NCBI GenBank assembly: GCA_025201805.1
Contig: MU619325.1
Coordinates: forward strand, 73,174-137,173
Direction of reading: 5' to 3'
DNA length: 64,000 bases
DNA from: Parasitella parasitica NRRL 2501
Taxonomy: Eukaryota > Fungi > Mucoromycota
The translations under genes and the position numbers were made by a program. Below are positions 28,177 to 40,600 of the stretch, piece by piece. A model generated the notes under the pieces. That model had not been told where the DNA came from and made no database searches. It saw nothing but the letters and a program-made list of their open reading frames with translations. Numbering within the stretch: the stretch's first letter is position 1; every line of letters begins with the position of its first letter.

Positions 28177-29904
28177 ATGACTTTCAAAGACGGCATCTTC
28201 GCCACTCCCTTTACAAGCACTGATGATGATATTGATCCAACTACAGAGCAAGCCAAAGAAGTCTTGAGTCAACCACCTGCCACAAAATGGGAGTTGTGGA
28301 GCTACTATCTATACTACAATGGTGATAATGGTTATACCATGTTCAGTTACATGCCCAACATCCTTCAATATTTAGCATACAAAGGTGGGTTCTATCCCCA
28401 TACGCCTTCAGTCAAAGGATGCGACATTCACAACGTTGTCGATAATTGTTATGTACCTTGGTCTGGTACTAGTGGCATTCCAGTCTCTGCTATGATGCTT
28501 TATGTTCAAGCCATCTCATTTTCTATTCAATTCGTGCTATTTACAACTTTTGGTAGTCTGGCAGATTATGGCAAATGGAACAGATACATTCTATTCCTTG
28601 CAACTGTTGTTGGCTGTGCGACCCAAATCGTGCCTATTGCTTTTTTGAACGATGATGGCTCTAGCTGGAATGCTATGATGGGGATTATGATTCTAGCTTT
28701 GATTTCTTACGGTACATCTCTTGTATTTTATGCTGCTGCTTTCCCTACATTGAGGTATGGCGTATGTACAATGTATATACGGTGTTGCGTGAACTGACTC
28801 ATTCCTTCTTTCATTTGCGTACACAGTGACAACCTGCCGGTTGTACGTAATGCTCGCGCTGATACCAACTTATCAAAAGATCAAGCGGCTGATATTGCAG
28901 AGAGATGGAGAAACCATGTATCTGCTATTTCTACTGTATTCTCCAACATTGGATTTTTGATCATGACTGGCCTCTTGTCTGGCATCTCTTTTATTCCCTG
29001 GAGCAATTACGAATTTTATGAAGATGATTTACATGTGCTGGGCACTGTTCCCCTATTCAACTTTATTGCCACTGCAGTTTGCGGTGGCTTCTGGATGCTC
29101 AATGCTATACCATACTTTGTTGCGGTCCCATCAAAGAGACAAGGCCCTCCACTTCCACCAGACGCAAACCACTTTACCATTGGCTGGAAGTCAGTGTTCA
29201 ATGCGTTCAAAGAAGCTCGCAAGTTGCGCTACTTATTCCTGTACATATTTGCGTATTTCATGTTTTCTGATGCCGTGTCTACTACCAACCAGATGATTGC
29301 GATTACTCAGGCTCAAATTACAGGGTTCAACGCACAGCAAATAACCATACTCAACTTGGCCTCTGCTGTAACGTCAATCCTTGGATGTCTCTTCTTTCTG
29401 TGGCTCACCAAGCGCTTTGGTATTCGCACCAAGACCAATTTAATGATCATCATCTTGCTAACTGGCATCATTCCATTGTGGGGCTGCTTTGGCATTGGCC
29501 TTCAAAACTTTGGGATCCGCACAACTTGGGAGCTTTGGGTATTTTACGTATGGTCTGGTCTTTTCACTGCACCCATTTGGGCATGGCAAAACACCATGCT
29601 CGCCGAGCTTGTACCTAAAGGTAAAGAAAACTTGTTTTTTGGTCTTTTTGGTGTCATAAACAAAGCTTCATCTTGGATCGGTCCTGTTGTCATTGGTGCT
29701 ATCACCCAATACACTGACAATCTCTGGAAAGGTTGGCCATTTGTACTTGCTTTGTTTGTATTGTCATTAGTTATCATTTGGTTCATTGATGTTGACAAAG
29801 CCAAAATTCATAACTCGGAGTATTTGTTTGGACAAAGTGCACATGAGGATCATCAAAATGGTAATGAGCATGTCCTGGTGCCTGATGAGAAGACTTCGCT
29901 TTAA
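28177..29904 (+). CDS. ATG22: Atg22-like vacuolar amino-acid efflux transporter (MFS)
   Basis: ELWSYYLYYNGDNG, FGSLADYG, YAAAFPTL/SDNLP, AELVPKGKENLFFGLFGVINKASSWIGP; one intron at about 28755-28826. Confidence 0.85.
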
Positions 29905-30106
29905 TGTAATTCATTTATAGTAATAAACTGTAGTATTATATACCAATTAGACAGCCTTAAGCAAATCTTAAAAGGAAAGACAAACGTCTGTATAATAGAG
30001 TTGAAGGGGATAAAGTATACTTGTCTCATTTATTTTATATTTTGCTATGATGAGTCATTTTGAGCTATAGAATGGAAATTTACATGTACTGGACAAGGGA
30101 GGGGGG

Positions 30107-32364
30107 TTAAATCAAAAGCTTTTCAATGTTAGCAACAATCTCTTGAGATTCTTTGACGTAGTCAATGGGCTTGAGTTCAATACAATTGTATTTGATACGA
30201 GTGATGTCCTATGTAAACACAATGAGTACGGCTTGAAGATAATACACAACCTACTAAAACGCTTACATTAAATGTTTCTTGCTTTGCTCGAATCTTGAAG
30301 TTGAATGTTTGAAAGAGAGCTCTGTTAAAGGCTACCTGGGCCGCAGCAGCGTCACTCTCCTTCAATGCCATAATCTCGTTTGCACTCATCTTTAATAATG
30401 TGTTACCCGGTTCATCAAATGCATTACAATAAATCTGGGAGGTAGCATCTTCAACACTCATTGTCAAGATGTATCTGTAGTCTGGGGAGCCAAAGGTCTT
30501 TTGACACTTTTCGCAACGCCAGCCATTAGATTCCAGTATCATTTTCTTTTTACATTCAGGACAAGCAGGATAAGCGCAAGACTCAGACTTGATGTAGACG
30601 ACGGTACCTCTGAATTCAAAGTAGTCTGCCTTATTTCCCATTCCTAGGTTTTCGGATTTGGCTTCTTGTAAAGTAATCTTGTTACGTTTAGTAATACCAT
30701 CACCAGCAGCGCCAGCCATGCCAGAGTAACTATTGAAATTCGCACTAGTTCCCTTTTCAGTATACCACTGTTTGAGATGATTAGCTTCGGGTGTGTTGGG
30801 GTTAATCTTGAATGTGGAAGCAGCGCCCAAGGACAATGAGCGACCGTTATAATCATTGACACGAACGCCTTTGCAAGCAATGATAGGTGTACCAGTGGCG
30901 TCAAATTGTTCAGCTTGAGCACCCCATAAGGTAATACGGATTGTCTTGAGAGACTCGTCAGCCAGGGTCAATTCTCTTTTTTTCATCTATTGAAACCATT
31001 AGCAGAAGTTTAGAGGATAGCAGGGTCCATACTTACGGGTTTTCCAGAAGCCTTTGAAACAATTTCAGAAATACCGGCATCTTCAGTAACAACGCCAAGA
31101 ACATCTAATACAAGTTTTTCAGCCTTGCGATCCACTCCACACCACGCACGTCAGCCAACTTACCACAGTTACTATCCTTTTCACAATTATCAATGTCAGC
31201 AATTTTTACAAAGCAATATTTGACTTGAGGGATGTCAGCAGCCTCACCACACTATTTGCAAAGAAATTTAGTGCATGGCCACTATCAAATGAGACTCACA
31301 CAAAAAGAAAAAGAAAAAAGAAACTTACAGCTTGAATTTCTGTTCCACTCTGAAGTAACAGCTCGTACTCATTATTCAGGGTAGAGAATTGCTTTTTAGC
31401 CATGGTAACTTGTGCCTTGGAAATGTAATAAACTTGACCTTCCTCGAGCAAATTGTAGAATTTGTCGACTTGTTCAGTAAAAGCAGTTGCTTTGATTTCA
31501 CCAGTAGAATCCAAAAGATTCACACTAAACAACTGGCCATCACTCTTTGAGTTGTGCCATTTTCTGATTTCTGACTTTTGAGTAACACGAGCTTTGATAT
31601 GCCATCTAGCAACAATGATTGGTATCTCGAATTTAGATTTGTTTGAAACGGACGACTTACCTGGTCTGATATGGATTCAAGTTGCTGATGCCCGTAGCAC
31701 TAGCATCGAGGGCTCTTGTAGCGGCATTATGAGAAGAATAGGTCGAGTTGTAGTCATTTCTAGATTCTGGCTTGGGCTCTTGTTTGTAAGGGGACGAAGC
31801 TGATGCAGATGACGGGCTATTTGTGTTGGAAGGATTTGAAGAAGAGCTACTGCCCTCCAAAGAAACAGGCATGCCAATCTTGGATTCTACATCGACTTGA
31901 ACAACTTCGAAATTCAAAAGAATCAAGATCCTAATTCCAATACCCTTTAATATATGCCATCAGCTGAAAAATGAGCGCTTCCCTTACTTTCTGCTTTGAA
32001 GAGCGTTGCAAACAAATTCTTTAAGTGTGATGATGCTATGGCGTTTAATTTGCTCTTGGTCAACCAAGTGCGAATGTTGCTGAGCAAGCATAGCTATCAT
32101 GCTTGGATTAGTCGAATGTAAGAAAGTTCATCTCTCCGACTTACCCTGCATAAAGTTGACACCGTCAGAAATGATGACTCTACCACAAGTTCTCGTTATG
32201 ATACTTTACTGCGCAAGCCAGTGTTTTATCTTTTACCTGTGACGGATACCACCATTTACAGTAACAGCCTTGATGTTGATGATTTGGACTGTAGGATTAT
32301 TGTGCAAAGGATTTCCCTTTTGCTCGTCGTAAAGAACTTTGACAGCACCTGTAGTGAGAGACAT
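30107..32364 (-). CDS. RFA1: Replication protein A 70-kDa subunit
   Basis: MSLTTGAV.., VIISDGVNFMQ, ISNLNPYQT/RWHIKARVTQKSEIRKWHN..GQLFSVNLLDSTGEIKATAF, zinc ribbon YPACPECKKK..WRCEKC, KIRAKQETFN. Confidence 0.95.
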
Positions 32365-32410
32365 TCTTTTGAAGTTTGCGTAAAAGAAAGAGATGCAGCA
32401 GTAGCCTTAA

Positions 32411-32472
32411 ACGCGATGCACTTTTTTTTTTTTTTTTTTTTCAATTCAATGATCGCGCCAGTCGACGCGCGC
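32411..32472. promoter_or_regulatory. Cluster of CGCG-core G1/S elements (MCB-like ACGCG and E2F-like TGGCGCGA) upstream of RFA1
   Basis: ACGCGA at 32411, TCGCGCCA at 32453, ACGCGCGC at 32465, all within about 110 bp of the RFA1 ATG in CpG-poor DNA. Confidence 0.5.
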
Positions 32473-33103
32473 TAGAGGGAACAAGCAACTTTGCATATTA
32501 GTCACAACTATTACCGGCATTACCGACGATCCAGGGTCTCCAAACTGAAGCTTAGGATAATAATTGTACCTTATAAAGCATGGTTGGTGCATAAACAGAG
32601 ATATCTGCTCTTCAGATTTATGCTTTCTTATAAAAAAAAATAGTAATGGTAAACCGTTAGGTGACGCCAATGAGAACCCAATCAACTTTACATTCGTAGC
32701 TCCAGTTTGATTACGATTGATAGCCGTGGCTTGACTGAAGTACTTGGGGTTTGTGCAGACAACAGCACCTTTGCTTCTTACCCCTCATTGGCTGCGTCAC
32801 TGTTGATTGGAGCTATTCCCATGTATTATTAGCCTTTTCATCTTGCTTAAAGCCTTGACATATTAATACATGTCTCGCACTTTACACAAGAACCCAAAAT
32901 ATCATCTTTAGACACACATTCGACTTGTCCCGCTGAAATAAGTGATTATTATGATTTCTCTAATCCAAGAAAAGCCCTGAATTTTTTTTAATATACATAA
33001 TATGTTTGATACTATGTATATTTATAGTTGTGTTTATTTACAAAAGATGAGTTTCATGGCAGGGAGGAGGGAAACACACACACATTCAAATTGACATGTA
33101 CAA

Positions 33104-33542
33104 TTAAACATGTCCTCCTGATCCTCTTGTGAGTGTGTAATTGGGAGTGGGTTGATTCAATAGCGCCGATTCCTTTTGTTCCTTGATCTTTGTTGGTTCA
33201 TGAAACGCTGTCTTTTGGCGGATGGCTACAAAATCACAGGGATATTGTTTGTTTATATGCAATTTAACCGTTTTAAACTTAAAACAAACTGTACTTACCC
33301 TCTCGAATACCTTCTTCTCCAGCAGCCAGAATTCCAATGGGCAACTTGCCATTGCTCAAAGCCTTTAATTGCTGCACAAGCTCAGGGTGTGCTGTCAGCA
33401 CGGCGTAGGATCTTGACATCTTACCAATAGCTAGCACCTTTTTTTTTATGACTAGTCTACGGCGAGCGTCCAGTGTGCTATCATTAGTGTTCGCACCGAT
33501 AGCAGTGTGTTTGTTGCTGTTGTTGATAATGGCAAGGGACAT
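33104..33542 (-). CDS. 121-aa protein consisting only of the calcineurin A C-terminal regulatory region (calmodulin-binding domain), no phosphatase domain
   Basis: Exon 1 33542-33299, intron 33298-33226 (GTAAGT..TTGTAG), exon 2 33225-33104. Product MSLAIINNSNKHTAIGANTNDSTLDARRRLVIKKKVLAIGKMSRSYAVLTAHPELVQQLKALSNGKLPIGILAAGEEGIREAIRQKTAFHEPTKIKEQKESALLNQPTPNYTLTRGSGGHV*. Confidence 0.75.
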
Positions 33543-33607
33543 TTGAAATGTAGATGACAGAGATGAAAAATATATGTAGAAAAATGAAATGAAATGAAAA
33601 AACACTG

Positions 33608-33608
33608 C

Positions 33609-33616
<8 letters not shown>
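33608..33616 (-). promoter_or_regulatory. TATA box of the calcineurin-tail gene
   Basis: TATATAAAG on the minus strand about 66 bp upstream of ATG 33542, preceded by a poly-T tract. Confidence 0.55.
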
Positions 33617-33639
<23 letters not shown>

Positions 33640-34677
33640 TCGCCTCCCCTCATGTAGTGTGATTAGTGTGATTAAATAATAGAAAATCCCTCTGGATCTA
33701 ATCACTACATCAAACTGGAACTCTGAGAACATTCCTCCCCCTTTCTTTGCTAAACATTTGTTTGATATTTGCAATGGTAGATGGACAAACGAAGATCACT
33801 TTTTTTCTAGCGCTTCTATTGTTTATACTTACTTGATGCACCACATGCACAGCCTCTCCATATTTGTTCTTCAACAGAAAATCGTACAATTCCTTAGAAG
33901 CAAAGCTTTCACTGGTAAAGCATGTCGTAGACATCACGTCATGGTGGATTTACAACACTTGCCAGGGAGTTTCGATTATGCTTTTGCCTTCATGAGATTT
34001 GTTTTCAGCAAGAGAGAGAAAATACAACGGCAAAGCCCTTTTTGCGTGGACTTAATTTCACTAAAGCCTTCAGGGGCTCGTTTTGTTCGTATCGTCTTGG
34101 TCTCAGGCATGCTAATATGGATGTGTAGCGATCATGCAATAGCAATTAGATTAATCTCAATCTACGAGCACAGGCGCGTGCTGTTCCTAAGAAGCTGAAA
34201 CTTCAATGCCCGCATCTTGAGCACCTTGGTAAGGTACTCAAGCTTCGCTGTCCATACAGGCACATAGTTAATGCATTTACCCAATCAAAATTCTACCTTG
34301 AAACCCTAATAAAATTTACCAACCAAGGGCTTTACATCGAGATCGCAGTTGTTAATCATGGATACCTATTCGATGGTCTACGATTGATTTGTAGAGAATT
34401 TTACAAGAATTGGTCATTTTTTGTCGCATGTTTGGTAAAGATTTTAGATATTATGATGCCAACGCAACAGAAACAGAGACCAAAATGCTTTGAAAATCAG
34501 TGTTGACCTTTGCTATTCTTTTAGAATATGTGTCTTTATATATTCTCAACATCTATTATTGCACCTCAATGTACCTGAATTTGCTTTTTCCAGTTTTTTG
34601 TGCATCCCGTGGATGAACGCTGAAACCACCCAATGGCGGAGCACAGACATGCATAAAAAACGCCATCTTTTATTTAA

Positions 34678-36439
<1,762 letters not shown>

Positions 36440-37653
36440 TGATTTCAAAAGTTTTCGTTCAAGAGAAATCGCTTTACTCATAAAATCGCTTTACTCATAA
36501 CTTTGAACGCATATAAATATATATAAAGACCTTATCACTATAATCAACCATATACATTTTTGTACACTATTTTGTAATACATCGTTTATATAGCTTGGCC
36601 ACTCACATCTAGTACATTTTTCATGCCAACTGCTTTTCTTGAATTAAAGATAGAGAGTTTTCATACGAATATCTTCAAAGCTTACATTTAAGAAAACGAA
36701 CTCTTATCAAAGTAGTAAAATAAGATAAAAGATGATAAAGTGCGAGAGAATAATCAAATAATGAAATGTGTGTACAAAAAGAGGTAAGGGTAAATGACAA
36801 TCAAATGCAAGCATGTATCATTTATATTCGAATGCAATTGTTCATTGTGAATTGCATCAATAGTAAAATGTGGAATCTAGTCTTGGAAAATATTTCCCGA
36901 AGCAAAATATAGTGATAATTATAAACCATTAGAACTTCTCTAGAAAGTGGAGTATCTCCTGTTCTTTGGCCAATAAAATGTTTTTTGATGTGAGAAAAAC
37001 GTTTTAGCTTTATTGTCTCATTTTATAATAAAATGTGTATCAGGATTGTTTATCCCACACAAACTAAGAGATACTGTTGGTAAACGTGCATTTATAATAT
37101 CATAGAACCGGAAACGCTCGTGGATTTTGGTGCTACAAACCTTCATTGAGGCCTCCCCCTTATTTTTCTCTCTGAACAATGCGCCTGATCCTGTTTTGTC
37201 GTTTGCAACAAATTTTATCTAGAAATCTATTCCAATGATACACTAGAGAAAAAAGATTATTGATCTGGTGCAATACGACATACAAATGTTGTCAGACCTC
37301 CTTCATGTTATGTGCATAAGTCATTAAACTATGTTTCTTATGGTTTACCCTTAATAATGCTTTCCCCTGCAAGGGATCTCAAAGTTACAGACAATCAACC
37401 AGCAGCTGAATACTACTAGCATGGCATAAACATTACGCAAAGAGGCGAACTCGGGATCATGGTTGCTTGGAGGCAGCTGTAAATGTCACATTGGGTAAAG
37501 CAAGTCAACTAGAGTTAAATCTCGGTGGTGGTGTGTCCCTTTCTCTCCCTATTAAAGAATGTTGATTTACAAATATAGAACACTTTTGTTAACCTTTTTC
37601 TTTTTTTATTTTTTTTTAACATCAACTTTGAAAACGAAACTTTTGTTTACAAC

Positions 37654-40600
37654 ATGTTTTTTGTTGAAGCAGCAACAGCATCGGCAAGCAATTCTAACCT
37701 CCAGTCGGTTAGCGACTTTTGGTTATTTGTTGTGTATTGCCTAGTAGTCATTGTTGTAGTCATTTTCTTTTTATTTTATTTCAATCGTGTGCTCGGCCAA
37801 GTACTTACATTCATTATCAATCAATACACATGGAGAAGATACAATGCTTATATTGAAGTTGGTACGTTGCAAGTAATGGCCTTTCCACTAATCATGACTA
37901 AAAAAAATCATACGTAGACTCTATCCGTGTGTCGTTGCTAGGCGGCCGAATATTGTTCAAAAACCTTAGATACCTATCGACAAATCAATCAATATCAATT
38001 GTCAAAGGACACATTGCAGTACGATATTGGCTTTTGAACATTCGAAAAGCAGAAGATGACAAAAACGGTATGCCTCGCTGATTCGTAATGCTGGGCAATT
38101 GATGAACTTTTTTTACATAGGTATAACCAACAATTTGCCATGTCGAGTCGTCTGCAGCGTTGAAGGCCTTGAGTGCTTCCTTTACAACAACACAATTGCC
38201 TATGATCGAATGAGAGATATACTAGGACTATCGACTACGGAAACGCACAACACATCCAGCTCAACCAACATCGAAAAGAGATTAACTGATGTTCGCGGAA
38301 CACTTGATCCCGAAAGCCAAACCCCGACCAATATAGACAACTCACTATTAGAAAGATTAATGCCAATCCAATTCGAGTGTACAACGGGCGCAGTGATGAT
38401 TGGCAATACCGAAATAAAATCAATGATTGTCTGTAAAGTGTCACAAGCGAATGGCATCTGCAGCCTAACGAAATCAAGATCGCCAATGGATTACTACAAA
38501 TCAGTAGTGGATTTCATACTGAGGAAACCGCAGATCAGCTTTAAAGATAATATGGATTATACAAATGTACAGGAGACAACCGAACAAGTTATAAAGCCAC
38601 TACTGAGAAACAGCTTTGCGGCATGGTTGCTGAAGCCATTTAGATGCTTGTACCCATTTGCAATGACGAGACAGTACGGCAAAATGCAACATATGCGAGA
38701 CATCATGAGAGATGGGAGGTCGCATAGACGAAACGATAGTGATGATACCACTTATCATGAGGAATATGCTAGAGTTTCAAACATAGTCGAGTGCAATGAA
38801 ATGGCTTTGACTTACTATGCTGATTATGCGGGTAATTCATAGGTTTTGTTGATGCGTTGAATGTGTAACTCAAGTGATTCCCTTTTTTTTTTTTTTTTTT
38901 TTTTTAGGACCTGTACCAACACCCGAAGCTTCTGATTCTTTCCCAGGAGTTGGGACTGATATTGGTAACGGTGGATTGCCGCCAGAGTGGGGTGTCCGTG
39001 TCTCATTATGGGACGCTACCATCCACTATGGCGCCTGGGCAGATAGACAAAGATCAGAAATGCAGGACTACTTCTTACCCAATTCACATCGTGAAATCAC
39101 ACCTACGCAAAAGCTTTTACCAGGGCAGCAGAGAGTTGCAACATCATTTGAAACGTATATCGAGTTTGTAAATGACGGCAAAGTACGAGTGCCCACACGA
39201 GAGAAATCCAAGGTATGTAGCACAAGCGTTTCCTGCATTCAAAATTACCGTATATGTGTACCGACAGATTTCCTTTTATAGGATTGGAAATATAATAATC
39301 CAGAGTCATCCGATCTAGACGTTGGATCTGATGACTACTATTCCAGGCCATATGGCTGGTTTAATATCAAAGCCGGAAAAGGGTCTTTCATTAAAGTAGT
39401 GACACCATTCGCGGTAGGGGAGAATGGCCACGCCAATAAAATTGACATTGTGCTGAAGGATATAGACATCACCACCAGCGTGAACTATGCTTCATTCATT
39501 AAGGTGGAGCGAGTTGAGTTCAACATCAATATGCCAGCACCACTGCAGTGGAATGGATTTAGACAATGGGATTTTAAAGTGGTAGCAAAGAACCCGGTAG
39601 TGTTCTTACTGAGAGACCACGTCTTTCTATTGCAAGATACCGTCAAAGACTGGACTGGTGCCGCTCAACCTTCGGATTTATTGCATTTCACTCCAATGGT
39701 CTACCAATTACAGTTCAACTTGAAAAACCCTAAAGTGTATCTCTGTGTGAATGAGCACAATGTTATCAATAATCCCAATTCAATCGACGATAATGGTAGG
39801 TTAGCTAATACGTCGATTATAAATCGTCACTGACATTTGCTCTGTATAGCTTTCCTCAAAATCGAAGCTCATCGCATAGGGTTCAACATTAAGCTGCCAT
39901 TCACAGAATTCCAACCCGAAACTACAGCCATCAAGTTTTTTGTTGAGGCAGAGCATGGCAGTGCAGGCCTATCTTTACAAACATCACACACGCTCAACGC
40001 TTTTATGAGAGACGACGATTCGCATGCTGCTGTGGCAGTCAATCTGACAATTGATGGATCTTACGAATTCTACAGCTCGGTAGACATCTTGCGACATATC
40101 GAAACCTGCAATCTTAATGTGAAAATCAACGGCGCCACTGTCAAGGTTTTTGGCACTTTGATTCGATACCTATTTCTATTGAAAGAAAACTACTTTGGTG
40201 CCTGGAACAATTTTTCCACCATTGTGGAGTACAGAAATCTGAAACGAAACCAGCAAGAATGGCTGGAGCAGAAGAAGAGGCAAGCTGAAGCAAAACCCCC
40301 TGCTGATCCGTTTGAAGTTTATCTCTTGCTGGAGCTGGAGGACGGCGTGCTCTTGTTTCCTGAAAACTTGTATGAATGCTCCAGATACTCCCAGTTTGAA
40401 TTTCAAGAGCTGCAGTTGGAGCTGAGGAATCTGGATGTCTATCTCGACATGTACCTCAACATCAGTCCTATCACTCTAAGCAGAGACAGCAATCCAAACC
40501 CTCAATCAAAGGAAGGCTTTTTCCGAATCAAAAATGCCCGAGATCCAAAAAACTATGTGTATATAGACGGTAACTATGACATTGCGTTAACATTGCAACC

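Noticed and set aside
33932-33941. ATCACGTCAT as a sulfur-regulon (Cbf1/CYS-3-like) site for MET17
   Set aside because: Imperfect match to either consensus, single copy, about 800 bp from the ATG.
36466-36499. 17-bp tandem duplication AAATCGCTTTACTCATA in the MET17 3'UTR
   Set aside because: Ordinary slippage duplication.
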